Sequence record: MG983840.1
Strand: one strand, 5' to 3'
DNA length: 64,000 bases
Source of the DNA: Escherichia phage myPSH1131
Shown here: positions 53,436 to 63,585 of the stretch, one piece after another
Layout of the letters: every line of letters starts with the position of its first letter
Numbering within the stretch: the first letter of the stretch is position 1
The notes under the pieces: model-generated
Databases searched by the model: none
What the model saw: the letters and a program-made list of their open reading frames with translations, nothing else
Told to the model about the DNA's origin: nothing
Program-made: the position numbers and the translations under genes

Positions 53436-53588
53436 TTACTCCTGTTGTTTACACTCGTCAATAACCCACTGATAAGTGGATTGCCCAGAAAAGAAACACT
53501 GAATAAATCCAGATGTTCTCTGCGTTACCAGTGCTAGTGCACAAATCACTACCGCTGCTGCTAGCAGTTTTAAATCTAATTTAGACAT
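53436..53588 (-). CDS. small membrane or signal-peptide protein (50 aa)
   Basis: MSKLDLKLLAAAVVICALALVTQ hydrophobic N-terminus; below track size cutoff. Confidence 0.3.
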   Translation of the reverse strand: MSKLDLKLLAAAVVICALALVTQRTSGFIQCFFSGQSTYQWVIDECKQQE

Positions 53589-53605
53589 ATTTCCTCTCGT
53601 TGAAT

Positions 53606-53632
53606 TTAAAAAAGGACTCTCCGAAAAGAGTC
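53606..53632 (-). terminator. putative intrinsic terminator
   Basis: Minus-strand hairpin GACUCU-UUUCGG-AGAGUC followed by C then six U. Confidence 0.5.
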
Positions 53633-53814
53633 AAGCTTTAAATACAAAAAGATATTACCCAATATCTGTGGATAACCTGCTCTTAAAATATCTATCCGAC
53701 GGATGTTTGAGGAACACTCCTCGCCCTAGCATCGGCCCCATACGGGAAATATATTAAGATTAGGTTAGTTGAGTCAGAATAACTCACATAGCCCTCCGAA
53801 GAAGGCTATAGATG

Positions 53815-54282
53815 TTACTCTACCTTAACTGAAGGACAGTATTTCTCTTTCTTGCTGCGATACATCACAACAATCCAGTTTGAATCACGACGTTGCTTTT
53901 TAAGTCGTTTCTTTTCGGCACGAATTTCGTATGTGCTATCTCGGCGATCTCGGAGTTTGTCACGCACCTTAGTTAAAAGCCACGTTGTACCAATTATGAA
54001 ACCGACTAAGCTTCCAGCAGCACCTAAACCAACCATAGGAGCAGCAAACCAAGTCCACCATACAAACGTACCTGCTGTATCGTGCCCCATCAGTGAGCCT
54101 CCGATAAGACATAACGCTACATATACCATAGCGGATAGCACTATTAATACAGCAAAGTTTTGAACTGTTCGCCAGAAGTATTCACAGAAGTTGGTCATGT
54201 TGTCCCAATGATAATTGGGTAGGTTTGACATATATTTGTTGAATCTGTGCAACCAGCCGTTCTTGTTAATCTTGATCATCAT
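53815..54282 (-). CDS. membrane protein (155 aa)
   Basis: Two hydrophobic segments (VLIVLSAMVYVALCLIGG; AAPMVGLGAAGSLVGFIIG) and basic C-terminus. Confidence 0.45.
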   Translation of the reverse strand: MMIKINKNGWLHRFNKYMSNLPNYHWDNMTNFCEYFWRTVQNFAVLIVLSAMVYVALCLIGGSLMGHDTAGTFVWWTWFAAPMVGLGAAGSLVGFIIGTTWLLTKVRDKLRDRRDSTYEIRAEKKRLKKQRRDSNWIVVMYRSKKEKYCPSVKVE

Positions 54283-54512
54283 TCGCCTTTCTTAGCACGA
54301 TCTTTGGCAGTTTTGCCAGTGCGGATGCGATGAGAAACGTTAACCAGAGTGCCACCATCAACTACGGTAACGCTCTTGTTTTTAGCCAGATCAAATACAG
54401 TCTTCTCTGTGCCACCCAAGCGAATTTGCTTAGGCTCACTGAAGGTTTGGGTTGATTTGGATTGGAACTGGAACGGTTGACGGATTGCATCGATTGCGCT
54501 TACTTTAGACAT
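54279..54512 (-). CDS. hypothetical protein (77 aa)
   Basis: ORF with 4-nt overlap to downstream gene. Confidence 0.35.
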   Translation of the reverse strand: MSKVSAIDAIRQPFQFQSKSTQTFSEPKQIRLGGTEKTVFDLAKNKSVTVVDGGTLVNVSHRIRTGKTAKDRAKKGE

Positions 54513-54945
54513 AGTGGAAATTCCTTAAAAAGTTATGGCTGCGTAGAGGGAATTCTCTACGCAAATTGGACCGCCTAAAAAGAGGCGTCATAGTACTAAA
54601 AGGAGGAGAGAAGAGGGCTTATTTAGCTACCTTTTTCTGTCCGTTTACAAACCAGATAATTGAACCGTCAGGCTGGCGTTGACCGAAGCCTTTCTGGTTG
54701 ATCATATCATCATAAGAATATGCTTTTGTTTTCACTTACTTACCCTTACATCGGAGTTAAGATGATCTCTGCTTTGGCAAACTTCTCGCCAACTTCAAGA
54801 GTGTCAGAAACAGGACGAGGTTCGCCAGTAATTCAACATCTCCAGTTGCAAGTTGCAAGTTGATATCGGTTATAACTTCACCATTAATCCCCATTTTCAC
54901 TGGCTGGCCTAAGAACTTCTTCTTGTTCCCCTTTCCTGTTGAAGA

Positions 54946-55173
54946 TTAAGAGGTACGTTGATTGACATCATCAAGACCTTTAACAGATAGTACACCTGTG
55001 GATAGATTCACTACAGGAACCCAGCCACTGGCTATACGGATGTTACCAGAAGCATTTTCAACCCTCATATAATACTGAGGAGAGGCACTTCCGTGCTGAA
55101 CCATGAAGGGGTTTCCGGGAATGATTGTTTCCAATCGAACCGTATTATCCTTTTTCTTTGGGATGATTTTCAT
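54946..55173 (-). CDS. small protein, GDVF-motif paralog family member
   Basis: About 75 aa, MKI start, TIIPGNPF segment; weakest family member. Confidence 0.35.
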   Translation of the reverse strand: MKIIPKKKDNTVRLETIIPGNPFMVQHGSASPQYYMRVENASGNIRIASGWVPVVNLSTGVLSVKGLDDVNQRTS

Positions 55174-55421
55174 TATGTATTATCCACCAAAAGTTCTGCC
55201 GACACAGGAATAACTCGACAATAAATAGAAGGTGCTGTTACATTGCCATCAGACAGACGAAGAGTGATTGATCTGTCAGAGTTGATAGTAACGTTTGGAC
55301 TTGCAGACACAGACCCTTTGACATACAGGGTTGCATTGTCAGGAAACTTAAACACAGCTCCGCTGGGAAGTGAGTTGAGGTCAACTGTAGTCACTTCTTC
55401 TTTCTTGTGAGTAATCTTCAT
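55173..55421 (-). CDS. small protein, GDVF-motif paralog family member
   Basis: Start at internal MKITHKK (55421); NSLPSGAVFKF motif. Confidence 0.4.
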   Translation of the reverse strand: MKITHKKEEVTTVDLNSLPSGAVFKFPDNATLYVKGSVSASPNVTINSDRSITLRLSDGNVTAPSIYCRVIPVSAELLVDNT

Positions 55422-55422
55422 A

Positions 55423-55653
55423 TTATTTACCCTGAATAATAAGTTTAGATTCGAACAGATCAACAGTATTGGACAAAGGGACAGGAAAGAAAATATCTTT
55501 AGGGTTCCGAACACACATTGCAGAATGCTCCCCTGTTTTTATCCAGAATTTAGGGACTACATCGTCACCAGTAAAACGAAAAACATCTCCATTCTCCAAG
55601 TCAGAGAAAGTCTTGGAGGGTGTTTTGCTTTTTGGTACTAGCTCAAAATTCAT
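55423..55653 (-). CDS. small protein, GDVF-motif paralog family member
   Basis: SDLENGDVFRF motif. Confidence 0.4.
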   Translation of the reverse strand: MNFELVPKSKTPSKTFSDLENGDVFRFTGDDVVPKFWIKTGEHSAMCVRNPKDIFFPVPLSNTVDLFESKLIIQGK

Positions 55654-55661
55654 CTTGATTC

Positions 55662-55973
55662 CTATTTAAGTTTGAGGCTAATGTTAAGGTGCATACATGC
55701 TCTGTTCTGTACAGCAGCATAACTTCTACCGAGCATGTCAGCCATTCTCTGAATAGACATGAACCCAGCATTACGGATAAGGAACTGGTCCTCTTCTTCA
55801 GACCATTTAACTCGGATTGAAGCTCTTGATATGCCGAATTTAGTGCAAGCTGTGTTAACAGCATTCTCCGTTACATTCATAATCTGAGCTACTTCTTGAA
55901 CCGAGTACTCTTTGATTAGTCTCCGAAGATTTTCAATCTGCATCGGAGTCCATATAGTTCTTCGTGCTTTCAT
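55662..55973 (-). CDS. DNA-binding protein with two helix-turn-helix-like repeats
   Basis: Repeats W..MQIENL...SVQEVAQIMNVTENAV and WSEEEDQFL...SIQRMADMLGRSYAAV. Confidence 0.45.
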   Translation of the reverse strand: MKARRTIWTPMQIENLRRLIKEYSVQEVAQIMNVTENAVNTACTKFGISRASIRVKWSEEEDQFLIRNAGFMSIQRMADMLGRSYAAVQNRACMHLNISLKLK

Positions 55974-56423
55974 ACATCCTCCAATTAATTGTTAAAACTA
56001 TCAGGGGAGAACACTAGCTCTGGGCCACGCTGTAGATATCGGCCTACCTTCCACAGCTAATCAGCTAATATACTCCCCTAATAGTTTATGAATAGGGGGA
56101 GGGGACGAATCCTCCCTTATCCTATTAGTTAATATTGCATGTAAGATCTAACAATCGGTTGCCTTTGTAGGAATAAGCGTAAAGCCAATCCAGCACTAAA
56201 CTCCCGCCCCCTTAGTGGGCTGGGTTATTAAAGGGTAACGCCCTTATGGGCTAGTTACATGAATGTTAGTTTGATAGGAGATCTGAAGTCCTATCTCAAA
56301 GGACTCTCGTAAGAATCCTTCACGATAAGCTCTTAACAAGATTGGTCACACGGCTGATCACCACATGTTTTACAAATCACTGGTGAGTAACTACAGGCCT
56401 AAGAACTTCTTCCTTTTATTTTC

Positions 56424-56642
56424 CTAAAACCGCTCTATTATCCCACTCAGGGATGCGTTGCGTATGTTTGTCGTGGCGTTTGGGCCGTAAGTACGTATAC
56501 AGACACAGCATGAACGAACAACAGTAGCGCCACGCTGAACGATACGGACCTCTTCCTTAACCAGATTAACACGAGCACCACAGCAAGGAGAGTTGACATA
56601 AGAGTAACCAGCTTGTGTATTCTTGATTGTTTGCTTAGACAT
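56424..56642 (-). CDS. Cys-rich small protein (72 aa)
   Basis: CC pairs (SPCCGARV, SCCVCI). Confidence 0.3.
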   Translation of the reverse strand: MSKQTIKNTQAGYSYVNSPCCGARVNLVKEEVRIVQRGATVVRSCCVCIRTYGPNATTNIRNASLSGIIERF

Positions 56643-57239
56643 TTGAGCTTCCTCTTGTTAGTTTAGGTAAACCACCCCAATCACTGCTGCACTCATTCAT
56701 GTGGAATGCAGATGGGAAAAGTAATTAAAGGTGATTTACCTAAAACAACAAAGGCCACCCGAAATGCGTTTCCCATAGTCGCTGACATTGCATGAATCCA
56801 AAAGCCTTCCAGTTTCAGAGCACCATTAGCTACTGCATCCATACGTTCAGGGCGGTTCATACGTTTGGTTGATACTTTCATACCTATCTCTCTTTGTTAG
56901 TGGAGGCATTATTGCCAGTTGATATAAGGGATAGCCCTAGTCAGTAGACTAATCCTGACCGCGTACTCATTGCCGACCTTCTCTGCCTAAGAGTTCAGGT
57001 TCTAGAGCTATCTCTTATTCCAACTGGTGAAGACTCCCTACCCCTAGGAAGTCTCCTGAATCCCAAACTAATACGTACCCCTACATATCAGAAAGTCTTT
57101 CGAAAATTAACAGGTTTTAGTCTAGCACCGGATGTTCGAGCAAGCTCTCCCTAGCGGTGTGGCATATGCCTGAATTAATAAGTTAATGAGGAACACCCTC
57201 ACATAGCCCTCTGATAAACACAAGGGCTATAAGTCGATG

Positions 57240-57458
57240 TTACTTTTGAGTCAAACACAGATCGGGACGTGGCATAACAGTGGTTGATAGACCGAAGACT
57301 TCAACATAACCGCTGCTCAAGTTAGCAGCCTTACGCAAACCGTCAGAGGTCTTATCTTCTAGCATCAGCCAGAAACGTTTATCGTAAGAGAAAACATCAC
57401 CGCCCTTAACATCTTCTGCATTTGCATATTTAGGATAATCAACTACTTTAATTTCCAT
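57240..57458 (-). CDS. small protein, GDVF-motif paralog family member
   Basis: EDVKGGDVFSY motif. Confidence 0.4.
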   Translation of the reverse strand: MEIKVVDYPKYANAEDVKGGDVFSYDKRFWLMLEDKTSDGLRKAANLSSGYVEVFGLSTTVMPRPDLCLTQK

Positions 57459-57716
57459 TCACTTACCTTTATTAGTAATTACTGCATCTGGGATAAGGAT
57501 TACAGGAAGATTTGAATTAAGCTTCATAACCTGATTAGTTCTTAAACCAAGCACAACTGTTCCAGAATCTTTCCTGTTCGACTCGGTTACGTGTGGAGTG
57601 AATAAACTAACAACCAAATAGTGATCGACGCATGTAGATTTAACTTGGAATACATCTCCAAGCTTTAAATCACCCACTGTAAGATCTGGGTCTTTCATCT
57701 CAAGATCAATCTTCAT
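57459..57716 (-). CDS. small protein, GDVF-motif paralog family member
   Basis: GDLKLGDVFQV motif. Confidence 0.4.
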   Translation of the reverse strand: MKIDLEMKDPDLTVGDLKLGDVFQVKSTCVDHYLVVSLFTPHVTESNRKDSGTVVLGLRTNQVMKLNSNLPVILIPDAVITNKGK

Positions 57717-57942
57717 CTTTAGCCTCTATGTTGGTTATGTGAAGATCACTACGTACTTGGCAGACTTCATCCCGTTTAAAAGGCATGAGCTTTCCAGTTA
57801 CCACATCAACACAGTTGACATAATTGTCTGCGTACAATGTGTCGGTTCTGATGTAAAGGGATTCTTTACGCTCAAACAGAACCCCCGGCTTCATGTTATT
57901 TAAGCGAAGCATTGTACGATCGGATTTAATATTAACTTTCAT
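57706..57942 (-). CDS. small protein, GDVF-motif paralog family member
   Basis: NNMKPGVLFER motif. Confidence 0.4.
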   Translation of the reverse strand: MKVNIKSDRTMLRLNNMKPGVLFERKESLYIRTDTLYADNYVNCVDVVTGKLMPFKRDEVCQVRSDLHITNIEAKDED

Positions 57943-57944
57943 CT

Positions 57945-58202
57945 TTAATCCACCTTATTGGTAAGTCGAGCATTATCAACTACCTGAACAACAGTATCTT
58001 TTCTCAACATTGTTATTCTATCCGAAGTGAGATCTACTACTACTCTTTCGTCAGGCTTCCAACTAGCTGAATAAACGGTTGAGGAATCTAGCTTTACTGT
58101 AAGATATATTTTATTTTTAGGTGGAACAGTTTCAAAAACACTCCCCACCTTCAGGTCTTTCAGTTGCTTGACTACAGGGGCTGTATTAATATCATGCTTC
58201 AT
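57945..58202 (-). CDS. small protein, GDVF-motif paralog family member
   Basis: Start at internal MKHDINT (58202); KDLKVGSVFET motif. Confidence 0.4.
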   Translation of the reverse strand: MKHDINTAPVVKQLKDLKVGSVFETVPPKNKIYLTVKLDSSTVYSASWKPDERVVVDLTSDRITMLRKDTVVQVVDNARLTNKVD

Positions 58203-58488
58203 TGTTAATCTCCTGCTGTTTAGCAATAGCCACTCGCAAGTCTTCATTAGCACGAGCAAGGCGTAACACTTCGTGGTTGAGGTTCTGAAGACGCTTGTTT
58301 CTGTCCTCTACTTGCATAATAAGATCGTTAAGTGTTACTTTAACTTTCTCATTATACATCTCATCCACTCGAACTAGGGATTTATACATTCTTTCCCAGC
58401 TTGCTGCTTTGTTTCTGAGAACAATAAATCCTAGAACACTGATAGTTAAACAGCTTACAAAAAGGAATTTATATACTTCTAAAGTCAT
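58192..58488 (-). CDS. membrane-anchored coiled-coil protein (98 aa)
   Basis: N-terminal TM segment FLFVSCLTISVLGFIVL then charged coiled-coil-like region. Confidence 0.4.
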   Translation of the reverse strand: MTLEVYKFLFVSCLTISVLGFIVLRNKAASWERMYKSLVRVDEMYNEKVKVTLNDLIMQVEDRNKRLQNLNHEVLRLARANEDLRVAIAKQQEINNEA

Positions 58489-58687
58489 ATTATTTACCCT
58501 TTATCAGAGATTAAAAGTAATATTATTTAAGTAAGTTATATTTAGTAAACTTATTTTCTAAGAAATTTTCAAAGGGTCTATATACAGAGCATTACCCATA
58601 GTCCCAGAATACTACCATCTTTTTCAATAAATTTACTAAGTGGTTGGTTTATAAAGGAATTTAGTTTGTCAAATCTGGCACTAGTGA

Positions 58688-59005
58688 TTATTCCCTAGAG
58701 CTGTTATCGAACACTAAATCACCACAATACATAGGATTGGCATACCATTTTGGCACCCCTTCGCTCTTACTCTGAAAGTAAGTCCCACTATACAGCGGAA
58801 CATAATTCTTCTTAAGGGCACGTTTAGCAAGTCGCTCGCTTTCTCCAATGGCTTGCTTAGTCATCGGATTTTTATCACGAATCAGCTTTACATAACGTTT
58901 ATAAGGTTTCTCCTGTTTTAATAGTACCGGAATCCACTCAAACTGGTTCTTTTGTCTTATCACCTGTTCAGCGGTCAGTTTTCGTTGGGCCATTCTATTT
59001 ATCAC
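58688..59005 (-). CDS. hypothetical protein (105 aa)
   Basis: ORF downstream of tandem terminators. Confidence 0.4.
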   Translation of the reverse strand: MINRMAQRKLTAEQVIRQKNQFEWIPVLLKQEKPYKRYVKLIRDKNPMTKQAIGESERLAKRALKKNYVPLYSGTYFQSKSEGVPKWYANPMYCGDLVFDNSSRE

Positions 59006-59114
59006 GGTATCCGCAACTAAAGCCTTACATGCGGTTGGCTGAATGGGCGTTTTAAATCCGTGCGTGCGTAACTGCCGTTGTTATCAGAACTTGATACCTC
59101 CTGTTTTACGGGCA

Positions 59115-59143
59115 TAAAAAAGCCCCAGCCGTAGCCGGGGCAA
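59115..59143 (-). terminator. intrinsic terminator
   Basis: Minus-strand hairpin GCCCCGGC-UACG-GCUGGGGC (one G-U pair) followed by six U; weaker hairpin about 80 bp upstream. Confidence 0.6.
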
Positions 59144-59283
59144 ACCTGAAAGCAACACATGACCGTTGCTATAAATACACTCGCAAATGCACTTACAGCA
59201 ACGCAAAAAGCCGCTCAAAGGCGGCTATGCGGAAGCTTCAAATGGGGAGAGGGCACGACGCGACAGAAAGAGCGTCATAGTAC

Positions 59284-59457
59284 TAAAAAGAGAGGCTATT
59301 GGAGAGGTTACTTATTGCCTTCCTTAATGCCTTGTTTTCTTGTTTAACCAATTCGTTTTCTTCTTGCAAGGATGCTACCAGATGGACCAGAACATCAACT
59401 ACTGCATCACCTTGCCGCATCTCTCTGACTTTATTTAGAATCTCTGAATAAATCATT
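59284..59457 (-). CDS. small coiled-coil protein (57 aa)
   Basis: ATG overlaps stop of upstream gene (ATGA); heptad-like leucine spacing; below track size cutoff. Confidence 0.3.
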
Positions 59458-59896
59458 TTACCCTCGCCTCTTTGATGGGGTCGATGTATTTCTCAACGCC
59501 CCACTTGTGTTTACTATCTGCGTAGAAAACATCAGGTGCACATTGGCTTGTTTTAGGGAAGGCTTGCGGGTCTTTCGTGCTCCCCTTAAACTTCTGTTTA
59601 CCTCGAGTGCGACCATTACAGAAGATTTCTAACTTCTTCTCTTCTTCTGTTTTAGCTCCCCCGCTCTGTAACAAAGAACGTTTATGATCAGCCAACAACA
59701 ACGCATCAGCCCGATGGACACGATGGCCTACACGCTTTGCCACACTGGAAGGAACATGGGATTCAGCCTCAGCCTTTGCAGCACGACGTTTTAAACTACG
59801 CTTACTAACGTGATTAGTTGCCTTCGGTTTCTCTTTCTCTAGTTCAGAGATAGCAAAACAACGACCGCCCTTCATGCTGATTTTAGATTTAGCCAC
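59453..59896 (-). CDS. basic hypothetical protein (147 aa)
   Basis: K/R-rich ORF. Confidence 0.4.
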   Translation of the reverse strand: MAKSKISMKGGRCFAISELEKEKPKATNHVSKRSLKRRAAKAEAESHVPSSVAKRVGHRVHRADALLLADHKRSLLQSGGAKTEEEKKLEIFCNGRTRGKQKFKGSTKDPQAFPKTSQCAPDVFYADSKHKWGVEKYIDPIKEARVK

Positions 59897-60487
59897 AATC
59901 TTATTCCTTTCAGTGATAAGTTATATCGGGCAAGCCCATCAAGGCGATAGGCTTGAACAAATAACTTAATCAAGTAAACTAAACGATTTCCAACTGTTTC
60001 TTATTGGCACTACTCACCGTTGTAATTCGTCCGGTTGTACATTGATACACTACACGACGACCAAACGAGTTTTCTTAAACTGAAATATTAGTGATATTGC
60101 TATAAAGATACCTTTGAAATATAAATACCGTAGTTCCCGTAGTCGTAAACTCTGATTGAGCAAATGACGCTTTAACAGCCATTTTCCTAACTTCTTCTTT
60201 ACGCTGGTTAGTGTGTACAGTATCCCAATGATTGTTATCACGTTGGCGCTGTAATATCTTACTACATTTGCGATGGTTTCCCGTGCTGCGATGTTTCTCG
60301 CAAATAGGACACTTGCCAAAATTATTACTGAATATCATTTTCTCAATCCCAACTTTCTTAAGATACGGCCTAACGTTGTTTCTTGCGTGATAATATAGCT
60401 GATCGCTTCACGTTCCAACGTTTCAATAAGGCGCTAGGATTAAGATAGCGCCTTATGCCTTATTCTTGCTGCCTGACGGCCATAATC

Positions 60488-60964
60488 TCAGCCGCTTTTC
60501 AATTCTTCTGCATGTCCCTTGTTCGGGCAACCCTTGTAAAAGTTAGGATTATCGACTTCAATTTCACGACCTAGTGCAAAATTTTCGAAAGCATTTGACC
60601 AGCGAGCGCGGTTTTGTTCCATTTTGGTTTTAATTTGCGCTTCTTTCGCATCTTCTTTAGCTTTCGCCTCACCTTCCAGATTAATCCACTTTTTACGACC
60701 ATTTGCCGCATCGGTGTTAAACTTGATAGGAGTTAAGAAAGTAATTGCGGTAGCGATAACATCCATATCACGGAAACGTTCAGTTAACAGGAAGTCAACC
60801 GCCGCCTGCAATACATCTAACTTCTTACCGTTGCTACGAAAGTGCTGCAAATGCCCTAACAGGAAGTTAGAAACATCTTGTTTGATCGCCGCGTTATTAC
60901 TGCGAATGTTGTTAGCCAGAGCATTAAAACCGGATTCGTTAACCAGAGTAAAGATTTTAGCCAT
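60488..60964 (-). CDS. hypothetical protein (about 158 aa)
   Basis: Start at MAKIFTL after RBS GAAAGGTGAA (track ORF begins three codons earlier). Confidence 0.45.
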   Translation of the reverse strand: MAKIFTLVNESGFNALANNIRSNNAAIKQDVSNFLLGHLQHFRSNGKKLDVLQAAVDFLLTERFRDMDVIATAITFLTPIKFNTDAANGRKKWINLEGEAKAKEDAKEAQIKTKMEQNRARWSNAFENFALGREIEVDNPNFYKGCPNKGHAEELKSG

Positions 60965-61787
60965 AATATTCACCTTTCAATTGTAAGGGCGCTATTGCCC
61001 CGCTCTCTATGAGCTTGTTTAAGTCACTATTAACTTAACTATAACCACTCGTTGTTAAGTAGTTATAGGTAAGCGGGGCGGTCTTATCAGGAGTTAACCT
61101 TGCCGCCCCCTTATCCGTGATGTTTCATCTGGTATCTTTAATTAGTCGCTATAAACGAAGCCGACCTGATAGCGATGATCAATCATCACAATAAGGCTAT
61201 GCGTCCGACTCTATTTAATTACATTGCTGTAACCGTCGGCAATATCGTCTACTTTGTTTTCGCTCCCGCTTATCCTTTTGTATCAGCTCTCTATCGCTAG
61301 TCATCGCCCACTACGGGATACTATTGCGAAAGAGTCACTAACCGCCTAATATTCCGGCGTTTTATATCTTTCAGCAGGTTTACTACATAACCCGGCTATG
61401 TACTTTCATCCTATGATGAATCTCAAGCCGTTCACATCGTAAACGTTCGCATTAAACCTTATTGTTAAATAGCAATTTGCCACTTTTTAACCACTCCCCG
61501 CCGCTCTCAATTGAGCGTTAATTCGTCGGACTTGCCTACCCTGATTAACTTCTTTCACTGTAGCACCGTGTTAGCAATGACCGCCGCTACCCTTAACCGT
61601 GGGCGATTAGCTCAAGTCTTTGCGTGTACTCAATGAATCCGTTTATCAATGGTGACGTTTCCAGTAAGGGAATGTAAAACTGTTTACCCTGATAATTTAG
61701 GGAGTTTTACGCCGTTTTATCTGGTATGCTTTCCGATGGTTATTATCATCAAGCATATTCAACCGATATAGGAGAATGTTTAAATTA

Positions 61788-62417
61788 TTAAAGAGCGGTA
61801 AATCTATCAGTGTGCTTTCTCACACTATGCAACTGTTAGCCGTTGTTACGCTTTTCACTGAAGCGATGATTTGCTTAGTGAGTGCTCATTATGAATCATG
61901 TTGTTTTCGCTGTCAACCGCTTTTTAATCTTTTTTCGTCGTTCCCGCTATTGGGAGGATATATCAATCAGCTTTGTTTGATTGAAGATTAAGCGGTGAGG
62001 CTTAACTTATGATTCATATTGTTAAAGAGCGTTTTTAGCCTTTTATAGTGTCTGCTAATCACTGCATCATTGAAGGCTTACTGATTCATTAACAGGACGC
62101 CTAACCCTGAACTACTCGCTGCACTATGTGCCACCTTTCCCGCGATACGTTGATTTGGGAACTTGTTAGCGGTGTATCTGCTAACTTGTGGTTAGTATGG
62201 ACTACTTTAACCACGTTTGCAACTCTTTTTATCATCTTCTTTTAATTCCTTTCCCTTATCTCGCGTGAATCTATGCGAAAGGGCAAGATGATAAGTTTTT
62301 AAAGAGCGGGATTTTTTAAGTCATCGCTGACTATGCTCACTATATGTCAGGCTGTTTTCGGTGTCAATACTCTTTTTGAGAATATTTTCACTTTCTAGCC
62401 TGATTTTTAAAGAGCGG
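61788..62417. promoter_or_regulatory. four copies of TTAAAGAGCG(G) motif in low-coding region
   Basis: Motif at 61788, 62012, 62299, 62407 (plus strand); region 60974..62750 has almost no long ORFs. Confidence 0.35.
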
Positions 62418-62644
62418 GGCAATTTCTTGCCTTGTATGTTTTACATCGTACCCGATGAAATGAAGTATACGCTAATCAGATGAGGTTGCAATAGGGTAAA
62501 GCAAATTATTTTAAACTTTTTCACTATAGGAAGGTAAAAGAGCAGGCGCACGCGATACATCATAGAAAATGGCTTGTAAAGCGATATTTAGCGGCCTAAA
62601 ACGCATCACAACGAGCTAAAAGGGAGTAAGGCATACAATCACCT

Positions 62645-62675
62645 CATAAAAGAGAAAAGCCTCACTAGGAGGCTT
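62645..62675 (-). terminator. putative intrinsic terminator
   Basis: Minus-strand hairpin AGCCUC-CUAGU-GAGGCU followed by U-rich tract, just after stop of 62751..63122 gene. Confidence 0.45.
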
Positions 62676-62750
62676 ACAGGAAGGATTAGAGAATCAGATA
62701 AATTATGACCATAGGCATGACTACGGCACAATACAGGAGAAAGATTAAGC

Positions 62751-63122
62751 CTATGGATTTACACATTGACCGTTACCGGATGCCATTTCATTCATGGACT
62801 CATCAAAGAGCGTCAACGATGAGCGCATCAAGTGATCTACCGTGATTTGCTTACCAGTGGTTTCATTTACCAGTTGAATAGTTTTATCGTATGATTGTAC
62901 ATGTTCGAAATCATTCACATGTAAAATAATAACTTTAGGTGACTTTTTACCAGTTTCGTAATTCTCTACGAGATAGGTACACTGTAAACCGTCAACCGTA
63001 TCAGGGGAGAATGTTGCAGCCTTTACACTACCCATATCCGATAGCAGGACACCTAACAGGAGAACAACCAGAAAGAAGCCTACAACCGTTTTAACGACGA
63101 ATTTAATAAACCACATAGCCAA
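62751..63122 (-). CDS. small secreted or membrane-anchored protein
   Basis: N-terminal hydrophobic segment VVGFFLVVLLLGVLL. Confidence 0.4.
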   Translation of the reverse strand: MAMWFIKFVVKTVVGFFLVVLLLGVLLSDMGSVKAATFSPDTVDGLQCTYLVENYETGKKSPKVIILHVNDFEHVQSYDKTIQLVNETTGKQITVDHLMRSSLTLFDESMNEMASGNGQCVNP

Positions 63123-63309
63123 TCAACCTTTAATAATGAGATTAAGCACATCGAGAGCGGCAACAATCAGTAAGTAATTTAAAGAAATGAAGCCCACGAC
63201 AAACAAAAACAAAAACAGCACATCCAGACCTTAGAAAACGTAAGAATACAGCATATCAGTAATGAACAGCAGGAAGGTCGCACCAAACAAGCAACGCCAA
63301 AAATAATCA

Positions 63310-63585
63310 CTATTCATCGTTGCTATTCTCGCCAAAAAATGCTACGCTAATCTGTTCCACTTCTTCCAGCGACAGGAGAATCCCGCGTTGGGCTAAATAC
63401 TTCCCAACGGTTATATAATCTTGCACTAAACAGACAATAGGAAAGCGTATATTTTGAATCTCACCTTTGGAAAGAAAAGACAAATATCCAACGTCGATTG
63501 ATTCATCAAAGGACAATGTAACGCCACCGTAATTATGCGTATCAATTAACGCAATAGTTTCATTTCCCATTGGTATCATCCCCAA
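63310..63585 (-). CDS. hypothetical protein (91 aa)
   Basis: ORF in early-like region. Confidence 0.35.
   Translation of the reverse strand: MGMIPMGNETIALIDTHNYGGVTLSFDESIDVGYLSFLSKGEIQNIRFPIVCLVQDYITVGKYLAQRGILLSLEEVEQISVAFFGENSNDE

Noticed and set aside
56092-56125. Possible tRNA T-arm (GAGGG-GACGAAT-CCTCC)
   Set aside because: The loop lacks the canonical TTC signature and no matching acceptor or anticodon stem was found nearby; no other tRNA-like structure was recognised by eye.
61776-61991. Plus-strand 71-aa ORF in the low-coding region
   Set aside because: Its AGGAGA sits directly against the ATG with no spacer, the ORF contains the repeated TTAAAGAGCGG motif, and the translation is hydrophobic junk; more likely regulatory DNA.
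61788-62417. TTAAAGAGCG repeats as T7-type single-subunit RNAP promoters
   Set aside because: No conserved 23-bp T7/T3/SP6-like consensus around them and no phage RNA polymerase gene is visible in the window.
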